From the NCBI GenBank assembly GCA_964396315.1, contig CAYNES010000001.1:1-48355 (forward strand): a stretch of 48,355 bases of DNA. Direction: 5' to 3'. The translations under genes were made by a program, and so were the position numbers. Positions 31,051 through 40,809 of this stretch are shown in pieces. The stretch comes from an uncultured Piscirickettsiaceae bacterium. Its GTDB lineage: Bacteria > Pseudomonadota > Gammaproteobacteria > PS1 > Pseudothioglobaceae. Position 1 is the first letter of the stretch. Each line of letters begins with the position of its first letter. The notes below the pieces were generated by a model. The model saw only the letters and a list, made by a program, of their open reading frames with translations, did no database searches and was not told where the DNA came from.

Positions 31051-32169
31051 TTATTTTATATTTAGTTCAAAAAGTATTCTTTTTGCTCTTTTCTGAAAGC
31101 TGGGCATTTCGCTGTTAGGAACCGCAGATTTTTTTTCAATCTTAATTTTTTCAGCGTCTTTGTGGACTCCATTGACCCTAATTTCATAATGGAGATGAGG
31201 CCCCGTTGACATGCCCGTACTTCCAACATAGCCTATTAGTTCTCCTTTTTTAACGCGATTTCCTGACTTAAGGCCTTTTGCAAACTTAGATAGGTGGGCA
31301 TAGACAGTTACTAGCTCTGAGCCATGCTTTAAATAGATTACATTTCCGTATCCTGACAATGTAGCGACAAACTTCACAAGACCTTTTGCTGGGGCATACA
31401 CAGGCGTTCCTGTGGGGGCTGCAAAATCAGTTCCCCGATGAGGCCTATAAGTTTTTAGGGTTGGATGGTAGCGCCTTTTTGAAAAGCCAGAGCTTATTCT
31501 GTTGTGTTTGACCGGGGCAAAAGCGAACGTGTCATTGATCGAAAAACCGTTTGATGCGTAGTATTTTTTCCTGCCTTGTGAGTCCTTGTGAGAGAAAAGC
31601 GCAATCGTTTTTCTGTCCCCAATATAGATCATGGCTTCAGGTGTTTTGCCACCATTCCAAGACAAAACAAATCGATCTCCTTTTCTAAGGTCTCGACTAA
31701 AGTCAATTTCCCATGAAAAATGATTAACCATCATTTTCACAACTTCAGCATCAACCCCTGCTTTTTTTGCGTCATAGTTTAGAGACTTTTGAATGTTTAC
31801 AATGGTATAGGTAAGCTTGCTGTCGGTACGAGCATCATTTTTTTCGTATGTAAAGGCGCTCCCATCATAATAAATATTTAGTGGATTGTCGTTTTGAGGG
31901 CTGAATACTATCTGCTTAAGCGAGTGATCATCATTAAGAATAATTCTAAATCCGTCTCCTGGATAAATATTGTTTAACCTTTGAGCTCTATTGTCTGAGC
32001 TCATCAGTTTGGCCAGCAAGTCTCCAGAGAGCCCAGCACTAAAAAAGAATTTGTAAAAGGCATCTCCTCTAGACACTTTAAAGCTGAAGTCGTGCTTGCC
32101 TCCAGCTAGCGAGGGTGCGCACAGAAGTGATAGCGCCAAGAGTAAAGAGGGTAAAAAAAACTTTTGCAT
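31051..32169 (-). CDS. M23 peptidoglycan DD-endopeptidase (MepM-like)
   Basis: Signal peptide, LysM-like N-domain, IDFSRDLRKGD, HRGTD and GPHLHYE zinc motifs. Confidence 0.93.
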   Translation of the reverse strand: MQKFFLPSLLLALSLLCAPSLAGGKHDFSFKVSRGDAFYKFFFSAGLSGDLLAKLMSSDNRAQRLNNIYPGDGFRIILNDDHSLKQIVFSPQNDNPLNIYYDGSAFTYEKNDARTDSKLTYTIVNIQKSLNYDAKKAGVDAEVVKMMVNHFSWEIDFSRDLRKGDRFVLSWNGGKTPEAMIYIGDRKTIALFSHKDSQGRKKYYASNGFSINDTFAFAPVKHNRISSGFSKRRYHPTLKTYRPHRGTDFAAPTGTPVYAPAKGLVKFVATLSGYGNVIYLKHGSELVTVYAHLSKFAKGLKSGNRVKKGELIGYVGSTGMSTGPHLHYEIRVNGVHKDAEKIKIEKKSAVPNSEMPSFQKRAKRILFELNIK

Positions 32170-32181
32170 CAGTGTGTGGGT

Positions 32182-33333
32182 TTAGTCGTCAGATCCAATA
32201 AACGACCGAGCTACTTGTCGAGAAAGCTGGTCATTTTCCACAACACCGCCTAATGTGTCAAGATTCCGACAAGTGACCTCGCGAAGAGTTTTTTCTACAA
32301 TTTTAGGGATATCTAAAAAACCTGCTTTGTTTTTTAAAAAGGCTTCAACTGCAACTTCGTTTGCAGCATTAAGAGTTCCGGGCGCGCTTTTTCCTTGTTC
32401 TAGGGCCTCATATGCAAGCTCTAGACATTTATATTTTTTCATGTCGGGGTGTTTGAACTCTAATGATGGCTCTTTTGTTAGATCAAGCTGCCTTACGCCA
32501 GAGCTTTTTCTCCCTGGGTATGAGAGCGCATAAGATATTGCACTTCTCATATCTGGCAGGCCAAGTTGAGAAAGAACGCTTCCATCATCAAAATATACAA
32601 ATGAATGAACAATGCTTTGAGGATGCACAATGACTTCAATCTGACTAGCATTCAAGCCAAATAAAAAGCTTGCTTCAATCACCTCAAGGCCTTTGTTCAT
32701 CATTGTCGCCGAATCAACCGAAATCTTTTTACCCATTTTCCAATTTGGGTGCTTACATGCTTGTTCAGGGGTTGCTGTGGCTAGCTTTTCAAATGACGTT
32801 TTTAAAAAAGGCCCGCCCGATGCGGTGAGCTGTATTTTGGAAAGTCCGTCTCTGCCTCCCTCAAGACATTGAAAAATTGCACTGTGTTCAGAGTCAACAG
32901 GAATAATTTTAGCGCCTGAATTTTCTGCTAAATTCATCAATAAGTCGCCACCTAAGATCAAAGACTCTTTGTTTGCCAACATAATTCTTTTGCCGGCCTT
33001 AGCCGCACAAAAAGTTGATGACATTCCCGCGCCGCCAACTATTGCAGCCATAACAAAGTCTGTTTTTGGGTGGGCCGCTATTTCATCTAAAGAGTCTTTG
33101 CCAAATAGTACTTCAACGCCTGAAGGTGCAACCCTTCTGAGTTTCTCAGCTGAAGCCTCATCACCAAGCACTGCAAAAGAAGGAAGGTGATCATTGCAAA
33201 TTTGAAGAAGGCCTTTCCAGTTTGAGTAGGCACTAACTGCAAAAACACTAAACTGATCTGGATGACGGGAAATGACATCTAGAGTGTTTAAGCCAATAGA
33301 GCCAGTTGCTCCAAGAATTGCGATGTTTTTCAT
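32182..33333 (-). CDS. dxr: 1-deoxy-D-xylulose-5-phosphate reductoisomerase
   Basis: LGATGSIG, LANKE, PVDSEH, HPNWKMG, NKGLE. Confidence 0.99.
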   Translation of the reverse strand: MKNIAILGATGSIGLNTLDVISRHPDQFSVFAVSAYSNWKGLLQICNDHLPSFAVLGDEASAEKLRRVAPSGVEVLFGKDSLDEIAAHPKTDFVMAAIVGGAGMSSTFCAAKAGKRIMLANKESLILGGDLLMNLAENSGAKIIPVDSEHSAIFQCLEGGRDGLSKIQLTASGGPFLKTSFEKLATATPEQACKHPNWKMGKKISVDSATMMNKGLEVIEASFLFGLNASQIEVIVHPQSIVHSFVYFDDGSVLSQLGLPDMRSAISYALSYPGRKSSGVRQLDLTKEPSLEFKHPDMKKYKCLELAYEALEQGKSAPGTLNAANEVAVEAFLKNKAGFLDIPKIVEKTLREVTCRNLDTLGGVVENDQLSRQVARSFIGSDD

Positions 33334-34136
33334 AATACAAAAACGACTAGCATTAAAAATATTGGTGCAGACGCTGTAAGACTGTCAATTCTATCAAGCA
33401 AGCCTCCATGGCCAGGAAGTATATTGCCACTATCTTTTTGATCGCTCATTCTTTTTAAAGCGCTCTCAAAAAGATCGCCGAGAACGGACACTAAGGATAT
33501 CACCAAGGCTAAAAAACAAAAAACTAAAAAGTCATTTATTTTTGGGTTTTGAGTCGCAATAACCACATAAGAAATAGCAACAACTTGTGTAAGCAAGATT
33601 CCACCATAGACTCCTTCAAAGGTTTTATTTGGGCTAACCGGTGGGCAGAGTTTATTTCTGCCAAAGCGCCTCCCCGAGAAATAAGCACCGATGTCAGCTG
33701 CCCATATAAACAACAGCAGAAGAATAACTAGGGATCTATCTTGAGAGTGGAGTATTGCCAATGAAGCTGACATTGGAGCTAAAAGGAATAGGCCATTAGC
33801 TAGACCTATTGTTATGTTTTTGTTGAGTAGTCCAGTATTGTTTGGAAAGCCTAAAACAAAGAACAGTGCAGCGAGCCACCAAGCAGATGTTAGATATAAT
33901 GCTGGTGCTAGAATCGAAGGGTTGATTGCCAATAAGAAGGCGCAGGACATAACAACAATAGCATAAAAAGACCTGTTAGAAAACCCACTTAGTTTTATAA
34001 GTTTGCAGTATTCCCATGATGCAATATAAACCATAATACCGAGGATCAGTGAAAACCAAGAGGGGCTTAAATAAAGCACTCCAAAAACAACAGCTGGAGC
34101 CAATAATAACGCGGTTATTATTCTTTTAGCAAGCAT
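33330..34136 (-). CDS. cdsA: phosphatidate cytidylyltransferase
   Basis: SPNKTFEG, GDLFES.LKR, KDSG.ILPGHGG.LDRIDS. Confidence 0.98.
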   Translation of the reverse strand: MLAKRIITALLLAPAVVFGVLYLSPSWFSLILGIMVYIASWEYCKLIKLSGFSNRSFYAIVVMSCAFLLAINPSILAPALYLTSAWWLAALFFVLGFPNNTGLLNKNITIGLANGLFLLAPMSASLAILHSQDRSLVILLLLFIWAADIGAYFSGRRFGRNKLCPPVSPNKTFEGVYGGILLTQVVAISYVVIATQNPKINDFLVFCFLALVISLVSVLGDLFESALKRMSDQKDSGNILPGHGGLLDRIDSLTASAPIFLMLVVFVL

Positions 34137-34138
34137 TA

Positions 34139-34882
34139 TTATTCTCCATTGTGTTCTCCAAATCGACGGTCTCTACTATGAAAATTCTCAATAGCTTGAT
34201 CTAGAGATCTTTCATTAAAGTCTGGCCATAATGTTTTGCAAAAATAGAATTCGCTATACGCAATATCCCATAGCAGGAAATTGCTGAGCCTGACTTCTCC
34301 GCTAGTTCGAATCAATAAGTCAACCTTAGGAAGGCCTGATAGCGAGGTGTATTTACTAAATAAAGTTGCATTAATATTTTCTGGATCAACGACACCATTG
34401 GAAACATCTATAGAAATCTTTTTCGCTGACTCTGTAATGTCCCATTGTCCTCCATAATTTGCTGCAATAACAAGAGTTAAGCCAGTATTTTTTTGAAGAC
34501 TAGTCTCGGCTTTTTTTGCTAGAGCATGGATTTCTGGGGTAAATGCTGATAAATCTCCAATAATCTTGAGCCTAATATTATTTTCTTTAAGTTTTTTTGT
34601 CTCTGTCTTTAAAACAGATAGAAAGAGCTTAAATAGAAGACCAACCTCTTCTTTTGAGCGCTTCATGTTTTCGCTACTAAATGCAAACAAGGTAAGGGTA
34701 TTAACGCCGAGCTTTGCGCAGTGTTTTACTATTTTTCTTACTGATTGAACCCCTTTTTGGTGACCACTAGAGCGAGGAAGATGTTTGGATTTTGCCCACC
34801 TTCCGTTTCCATCCATAATAATGGCTATATGCTGAGGGGGAGGCGCCCCATCGAGACTGTTTCTATCTTTTTTTGAGCTCAT
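34139..34882 (-). CDS. uppS: undecaprenyl diphosphate synthase
   Basis: HIAIIMDGNGRWA, FAFSSEN, IRTSGE.RLSNFLLW. Start at ATG 34882. Confidence 0.98.
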   Translation of the reverse strand: MSSKKDRNSLDGAPPPQHIAIIMDGNGRWAKSKHLPRSSGHQKGVQSVRKIVKHCAKLGVNTLTLFAFSSENMKRSKEEVGLLFKLFLSVLKTETKKLKENNIRLKIIGDLSAFTPEIHALAKKAETSLQKNTGLTLVIAANYGGQWDITESAKKISIDVSNGVVDPENINATLFSKYTSLSGLPKVDLLIRTSGEVRLSNFLLWDIAYSEFYFCKTLWPDFNERSLDQAIENFHSRDRRFGEHNGE

Positions 34883-35005
34883 AGAGCGCAATTATACCCA
34901 CTACATGCAAGATTGCCCATGCTATAACAACTCAATTTGAGCCTTAACATTAAATAGTGATTCTTACTTTTAAGATGTAATTGTTTTATGCGGTAAAATT
35001 AAAGA

Positions 35006-35779
35006 ATGAGCTTAGCTAAAAGAATAATTCCGTGTCTCGATGTTCGAGATGGCAGAGTCGTAAAAGGCATTAAATTTGTAGATATTAAAGATGCTGGTGA
35101 CCCAGTTGAGGTTGCAAAGCGATATGACGAAGAGGGCGCAGACGAAATTACTTTTCTTGATATTACTGCCTCCCACGAGGGCAGAGACACAACAATCACC
35201 ATGGTTGAAAAAATTGCCGAACAGGTTTTTATTCCGCTTACTGTTGGAGGCGGGATACGAAAAGCTCAAGATGTCCGGTCAATGCTAAAAGCTGGAGCGG
35301 ACAAAGTTGCTGTCAATTCCGCAGCCATTTTTGATCCGGGCCTAATTAATGAGCTATGTAGTATATTTGGTTCGCAGTGTATTGTCATCGCAATTGATGC
35401 AAAAAAAGTTTCAGTTAACCCTTTGCGATGGGAAATTTATACTCATGGCGGCCGAAAACCAACAGGCATAGACGCTGTTGATTGGGCAATTAAAATGACT
35501 CAGGGAGAGTTCGGTGCTGGCGAAGTCCTACTCACCTCGATGGACAGAGATGGAACAAAAGTTGGTTTTGATCTTGAGCTAACAAGGGCTATTTCAGATG
35601 CTGTGGATGTTCCAGTTATAGCTTCAGGCGGGGTTGGAAATTTAGAACACCTAGTAGAGGGAGTTATTGATGGGGGCGCTGATGCTGTTTTAGCCGCAAG
35701 CATTTTTCATTTTGCAGAATACACAGTTGAAGAAGCTAAAAAATCTATGCAACAGAATGGCATAGAGGTCAGGCTTTAG
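35006..35779 (+). CDS. hisF: imidazole glycerol phosphate synthase cyclase subunit
   Basis: [30 protein letters not shown]. Confidence 0.99.
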   Translation: MSLAKRIIPCLDVRDGRVVKGIKFVDIKDAGDPVEVAKRYDEEGADEITFLDITASHEGRDTTITMVEKIAEQVFIPLTVGGGIRKAQDVRSMLKAGADKVAVNSAAIFDPGLINELCSIFGSQCIVIAIDAKKVSVNPLRWEIYTHGGRKPTGIDAVDWAIKMTQGEFGAGEVLLTSMDRDGTKVGFDLELTRAISDAVDVPVIASGGVGNLEHLVEGVIDGGADAVLAASIFHFAEYTVEEAKKSMQQNGIEVRL

Positions 35780-35838
35780 AAATTTGAGTTTTTAATATCT
35801 TAAGCGTATCATTACGCACTTTTAATTCCAGAAAACGC

Positions 35839-36375
35839 ATGACTTTTAAAAAAGAATTTTGGGCTCTTTTATCAATATTTCTTCTTCCAATTGGCCTTGG
35901 CACTTTGTTTTTTTATTTGAATCCAAGCTACTTTAGTCAAAACACAGTTAATTATGGTGAACTAATTAGTCCAGTAATAGTGACCGAGAAGTCAGATATC
36001 GAGCTTATGGGCGAGGCTTCACTAAGCGGAATTTGGACTTTTGCCTACGTTACAGATAGTTGTGATTCAGTATGTGATAAGGCGGTTGAAGATGTGAAGA
36101 CTATCCGTACACTTATTAATATGGACATGCGCAGAATTCAAAGAATACTTATTACTAAAGATGGCTCAAAGCCATCACAAGTGGATGAAGCCCTAATTCT
36201 TGCAAGCATTAATAATGAAGAACTAACTAGACAGCTTTCAAGCTTTCCAAAAAACTCGATTTTTCTTATTGACCCTATTGGAAACTTTATGCTTTATTAC
36301 AATCCAACAGACATTAATATCAAGTTTGTTTTGAAGGACCTTAAGCGCCTTCTAAAATATTCTAGGATAGGGTAA
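35839..36375 (+). CDS. membrane-anchored thioredoxin/Sco-like cytochrome oxidase-associated protein
   Basis: N-terminal TM, NYGELI.P, CxxxC (CDSVC), LIDP.GN, DLKRLLK.S; coupled to heme O synthase by TAATG overlap. Confidence 0.7.
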   Translation: MTFKKEFWALLSIFLLPIGLGTLFFYLNPSYFSQNTVNYGELISPVIVTEKSDIELMGEASLSGIWTFAYVTDSCDSVCDKAVEDVKTIRTLINMDMRRIQRILITKDGSKPSQVDEALILASINNEELTRQLSSFPKNSIFLIDPIGNFMLYYNPTDINIKFVLKDLKRLLKYSRIG

Positions 36376-37271
36376 TGAGCGACTATCCATCATTAAAAGA
36401 TCTTTTGGGCCTATGTAAGCTTAAGGTCGTTTCACTAATATTGCTAACAGCTATAGTTGGAATGCTTTTGGCAGTACCCTATTTGCCTAATTTATTTATT
36501 GTTTTTGTTGCCTCTGTTGGAATTTCATTAGCGGCAATGTCTGCTGCGGTTTTTAATCATGTTGTGGATGAAAAAATTGACATTCAAATGTCAAGAACTG
36601 ATCGTCGTCCTCTGCCGCAAGGCAAAGTTACCAGAGCTCAGGCACTGACTTGGGGGGCGTTTTTAGGCGTCGTTGGAATCACACTTTTAGTGGTGTTTGT
36701 TAACCTTTTAACTGCAGTGCTAACGCTTATTTCCTTAATAGGCTATGCGGTTTTCTATACCATGTACCTGAAGAGAGCTACGCCACAAAATATTGTAATT
36801 GGCGGCGCTGCTGGTGCAGCACCTCCAGTTTTAGGCTGGACATCAGTTGCTGGCTCTAATGGCATTGAGTATGCACTACTCCTTTTTTTGATTGTTTTTA
36901 TTTGGACTCCCCCACATTTTTGGGCCTTAGCCATTCATCGTAGCGAAGAATATAAAAAGGCAGAGATTCCAATGCTGCCAGTTACTCACGGCCTAGAATT
37001 TACCAGGTTTCAGATTCTTTTGTATACGGTTCTTCTGTTTCTTGTTACTTTGCTGCCTTATCTAACTGGAATGAGCGGCTTGATTTATTTAATTTGTGCG
37101 GCATCCCTTGGAGTCCTTTTTTTGGGGTATGCAATTAAGATTTTTCTTGAGCCAGAAAACCCTAAAATTGCATTTAAGACTTTTAAATACTCAATCAATT
37201 ATTTGATGGTTTTGTTCATTGGACTATTAATAGACCATTACTTACTAATGAACTTTGGCGTTGCTACCTAG
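36375..37271 (+). CDS. cyoE: protoheme IX farnesyltransferase (heme O synthase)
   Basis: D..ID..M.RT..RPLP.G, YT.YLKR.TPQNIVIGG, WTPPHFWALA. Confidence 0.97.
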   Translation: MSDYPSLKDLLGLCKLKVVSLILLTAIVGMLLAVPYLPNLFIVFVASVGISLAAMSAAVFNHVVDEKIDIQMSRTDRRPLPQGKVTRAQALTWGAFLGVVGITLLVVFVNLLTAVLTLISLIGYAVFYTMYLKRATPQNIVIGGAAGAAPPVLGWTSVAGSNGIEYALLLFLIVFIWTPPHFWALAIHRSEEYKKAEIPMLPVTHGLEFTRFQILLYTVLLFLVTLLPYLTGMSGLIYLICAASLGVLFLGYAIKIFLEPENPKIAFKTFKYSINYLMVLFIGLLIDHYLLMNFGVAT

Positions 37272-37273
37272 AA

Positions 37274-37465
37274 ATGAAGTCTTTGATGCAGGTTTTTAAG
37301 GCAGCCACTTCTGCCATGATCGGAGTTGGAAAAAAAAATAACCTAGCTCAAGACTTTGAGACCATAGAAAAAACAGGTCCATGGCCATACATCATCGTGG
37401 GCCTTGTGATGACAGTGCTTTTTATTGGCTCTTTAATTTTTGTAGCAAAGCTAGTTCTTCCCTAA
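37274..37465 (+). CDS. DUF2970 small membrane protein
   Basis: 63 aa, 'A..GV.K.....DF' followed by a TM helix; cox-cluster context. Confidence 0.75.
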   Translation: MKSLMQVFKAATSAMIGVGKKNNLAQDFETIEKTGPWPYIIVGLVMTVLFIGSLIFVAKLVLP

Positions 37466-38311
37466 GGCTTCTATGATCTTGTCAAGAGCTTCCGCCATTG
37501 GTGCCGGTTCATGAGGATTCGTTAAGAGTGCAACCAGCTCAAGCGCTGGATTAAATAGTAAATAGCTGCTAGTGTGATCAATATTATAGTGCGCAACCTT
37601 AGTGGAGCTTGGATTTTCATCTGATACCATATTGTGCGAGTCATGCTCATAATGAACGTAGCCTAATTCCATAAGCTCCAAGTGGTTTTCGTGCGTTTCC
37701 ACGTTTTGTATATCGCCTGTTGCTTTGTTGATCATTTTATGAACAGCAAAATCACTACCATGTTCTGCTGAACGATCACCATGAGAATGTTCGCCATGTT
37801 CGCCATGATCTTCCTCTGCTGCCTGTTGAGACTGAGCCACTTCGTGATAAACACCAAGTGTTTTGCTGATAGATATCAGCTCGTCTTGTTGCGCAGTTAG
37901 GCCCTTAAATGACGGATTAAATGCTTGTGCAAAATTGTCCAAGTTGCCAAGGTCTCTAGCAGGGTCAACAGAGACAAATACAACTTGAAGCTTATTGCTA
38001 TTTTCCATTAGCTGATTAGCTTGATTTATTTTGGAAAGATCTATCGGGCAAACATCGGGACACGATGTGTAGCCAAAATAGAGAAGCGCCCATTTGCCCG
38101 CTGTCACTTCTAACAAGTGAGTTTCTATTGATGCATCATTGATAAAGTTCAGTTGATCTGAAACGGACTTTGCTTCAGGATATAGTGACGCAGCAGGAGC
38201 AACAGACTTTTTTAATTCTTCCATGCTAGGCTTGCTTCCGAAGAAGAAAAAAGCAGCAGAGCCGATAATGGCAACGAGAATAAGCAAATAAATTTGAGTT
38301 GTTTTTGTCAT
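37451..38311 (-). CDS. Sco1/SenC copper chaperone with His-rich insertion
   Basis: TM anchor, FGYTSCPDVCP, FVSVDP.RD, distal YNIDHT His. Confidence 0.93.
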   Translation of the reverse strand: MTKTTQIYLLILVAIIGSAAFFFFGSKPSMEELKKSVAPAASLYPEAKSVSDQLNFINDASIETHLLEVTAGKWALLYFGYTSCPDVCPIDLSKINQANQLMENSNKLQVVFVSVDPARDLGNLDNFAQAFNPSFKGLTAQQDELISISKTLGVYHEVAQSQQAAEEDHGEHGEHSHGDRSAEHGSDFAVHKMINKATGDIQNVETHENHLELMELGYVHYEHDSHNMVSDENPSSTKVAHYNIDHTSSYLLFNPALELVALLTNPHEPAPMAEALDKIIEALGKN

Positions 38312-38340
38312 AATAAAATCAAAAAATGTGAAAAGTATTT

Positions 38341-39309
38341 TTAAAGAGCATTCTCTTTTGTGAACATTTTATGGGCAAGGTTCACAAGGCTTAAGAGCAG
38401 CGCAAGACCCATTCCGTTATGCATGGTGGCAGCAAACATTGGAAGAGACATAACTACATTAATAATCCCCAGTGCGACCTGAATTGTAAGGAGAGAAAGA
38501 ACAACAAGCACACTCTTTCTTAACGCCTTATAGTTTCTTAGAGTCAATGAAAAAGCAATAATTGCTGCTGTCACAACCAGTGCGCCTATTCGATGTACCA
38601 TCTGAATAGCGGTCCTTGTTTGGTTCTCAAGTACACCAAACTCATAATCTACTCCAAGAGGGCCCCAATAGTATGCATTCTTAAAATCCATATCATCAGG
38701 CCACATCTCCCCTAAACATGTAGGAAAATAATCACCGCACGATAGTGCAGCATAATTAGTGCTAGTCCACCCTCCAAGAAAAATTTGAAAAACTAGAAGT
38801 ACAGTCACAATGGCAAGCATTATTTTGTGCTTGCTTAGGATTGGTTGATCAAGGCTAAGAGGTTTTCGCTCATTAAGAAGCAGCCAAAAAAGAAGCGTTG
38901 TTGTTGAAAAGCCACCAAGTAAGTGCATGGTGACTATCCCTGGGTGGACTAATTCTGTTACTGTCCACATCCCTAGGGCGCCCTGGAAGCCAACTAACAA
39001 CAAAAGAGCAGTTGGAAGTTTTATAGAACGAAGTGTTTCTGGCCTTCGGAAGATTGCCAATAAAAATATTACAATAATAGACAAACCAAGGGTAGAGGCG
39101 GCATACCTATGAATCATTTCTTTCCAGGCCTTGGCAATATCAAGAGGCCTATCGTATTCTGCGGAAACGACATCAGGCACTAGGAGCTGGCCATAGCATC
39201 CAGGCCAGTCTGGACAGCCTAGTCCTGCATCTGCAAGGCGTGTGTATGCCCCTAAAATCACGACTATAAGGGCCAATATAAAAGAGAGGTTCAATGCTTT
39301 TGAATACAT
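38341..39309 (-). CDS. ctaA: heme A synthase (COX15/CtaA)
   Basis: GAYTRL.DAGLGCPDWPGC, EMIHR, QMVHR, 8 TM segments. Confidence 0.96.
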   Translation of the reverse strand: MYSKALNLSFILALIVVILGAYTRLADAGLGCPDWPGCYGQLLVPDVVSAEYDRPLDIAKAWKEMIHRYAASTLGLSIIVIFLLAIFRRPETLRSIKLPTALLLLVGFQGALGMWTVTELVHPGIVTMHLLGGFSTTTLLFWLLLNERKPLSLDQPILSKHKIMLAIVTVLLVFQIFLGGWTSTNYAALSCGDYFPTCLGEMWPDDMDFKNAYYWGPLGVDYEFGVLENQTRTAIQMVHRIGALVVTAAIIAFSLTLRNYKALRKSVLVVLSLLTIQVALGIINVVMSLPMFAATMHNGMGLALLLSLVNLAHKMFTKENAL

Positions 39310-39672
39310 AAAAGTCCTATTTATTAAGGCGCACTATTTTAAAGAACTAAAGGGCAGCCAGATAAAGAAATTAAAAAAACTTCAAAAAATTGCACAAGAA
39401 TATTTAGGTGTTAAAACGAATTTTTCAATACCTTGTGCTCTATTTTTTACTAACAACACTGATGGTGAAAAAACTTCAACCAATATTGAGAATAAATAGC
39501 AATAAATACTTGGTAAAACGGGCAGAAACAGGTATCATTTGGTTGCTTTTTTTAATTGCACTTGTAATTAACTTAAGGGCAACTATATATAGGAAAATTA
39601 CGAACACATATAATAACCATATATATATTATGGTTGTTATACAAAACGATTAAGATTTAATTCGGAGAATCT
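39310..39672. promoter_or_regulatory. divergent ctaA/coxB control region with several inverted repeats
   Basis: TTAATTGCA-CT-TGTAATTAA (39552-39571); TATAATAACCATA-N7-TATGGTTGTTATA (39609-39641); GCACAAG...CTTGTGC (39392-39438). Confidence 0.55.
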
Positions 39673-40794
39673 ATGAAATTATTGTTGACTTTTACTGGCG
39701 CCATTGCCGCACTGATTGGCTCTAAGTCTGCATTCGCAGAGTATGGACTCAATATGACCAAGGGCATCACAGATATTAGCCAGGACATATATTGGCTTCA
39801 CATGATGGCATTTTGGGTTTGTGTCGCCATTGGTGTTGTGGTTTTTGGAGCAATGTTTTATTCAATCATTGCACATAGAAAGTCAAAAGGTGCTCAAGCT
39901 GCGAATTTTCATGAGAGCACAACAGTTGAATTTATTTGGACAGGAATTCCAATCTTAATCCTAATTGCAATGGCAATTCCTGCATCTAAAACCCTTATTG
40001 ACATTGAAGTGCTGGACAAGGCCGACATGACTATTAAAGTTACAGGCATACAGTGGAAGTGGCAATACGACTATCCTGAAGAAGGTATTAGCTTTGTTTC
40101 AAATCTGGCGCAATCATCAAGAGACGTGATCAATGCGTCGCCTGAAGAGCGTGAAGCTGTTGATAAAGACGACACATACCTTTTGGCCGTCGACAACAGA
40201 GTTGTTCTGCCTGTAGATACAACAATTAGATTTTTAATTACGTCAAATGATGTTATTCATAATTGGTGGGTTCCAGCTTTTGGCGTCAAACAAGATGCCA
40301 ACCCTGGCTTCATTAATGATGCATGGGCAAGACCTAATGAAATTGGAACTTACAGAGGCCAATGTGCTGAGCTTTGCGGAAAAGACCATGGCTTTATGCC
40401 GATAGTTGTAGACGTTGTTTCTAAAGAAGATTATGCGGCATGGGTTGAAAGCAAACAAGCAGAAAAAGTTGCAGAATTGGCAAGCGCAACGAAAGAGTGG
40501 ACTGAGGAAGATCTAGTCGCTAGAGGCGAGGAAGTTTATAATGCCAACTGTTCTGGCTGTCATCAAAAAGACGGCTCAGGCATTCCAGGGGTTTTCCCTG
40601 CAATGATAGGGTCAGAAGTAACGAACGGCCCTGCTGAATATCAGATAGGCATGGTTTTAAATGGTTTAGGGGGCATGCCAGCATTTAAGATGCTCAGTGA
40701 TACGGATATTGCATCGGTTATCACCTATGAAAGAAGATCTTTTGGTAACAATGGATCAGTTGTTCAACCATCAGATGTTACATCTGCACGTTAA
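39673..40794 (+). CDS. coxB: cytochrome c oxidase subunit II with C-terminal cytochrome c domain
   Basis: DVIH, CAELCGKDHGFM CuA motif; C-terminal CSGCH...MPAF; SD GGAG. Confidence 0.98.
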   Translation: MKLLLTFTGAIAALIGSKSAFAEYGLNMTKGITDISQDIYWLHMMAFWVCVAIGVVVFGAMFYSIIAHRKSKGAQAANFHESTTVEFIWTGIPILILIAMAIPASKTLIDIEVLDKADMTIKVTGIQWKWQYDYPEEGISFVSNLAQSSRDVINASPEEREAVDKDDTYLLAVDNRVVLPVDTTIRFLITSNDVIHNWWVPAFGVKQDANPGFINDAWARPNEIGTYRGQCAELCGKDHGFMPIVVDVVSKEDYAAWVESKQAEKVAELASATKEWTEEDLVARGEEVYNANCSGCHQKDGSGIPGVFPAMIGSEVTNGPAEYQIGMVLNGLGGMPAFKMLSDTDIASVITYERRSFGNNGSVVQPSDVTSAR

Positions 40795-40809
40795 TTTAAG
40801 GAGAAACAC

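Noticed and set aside
39611-39640. dif-like site (CATA-TATATA-TTATG)
   Set aside because: Outer XerC and XerD arms do not match, and the location is near dnaA rather than the terminus.
39242-39653. ORFs of 85 and 81 aa in the ctaA/coxB spacer
   Set aside because: GTG starts, AT-driven composition, overlap with ctaA and promoter elements, no recognisable motifs.
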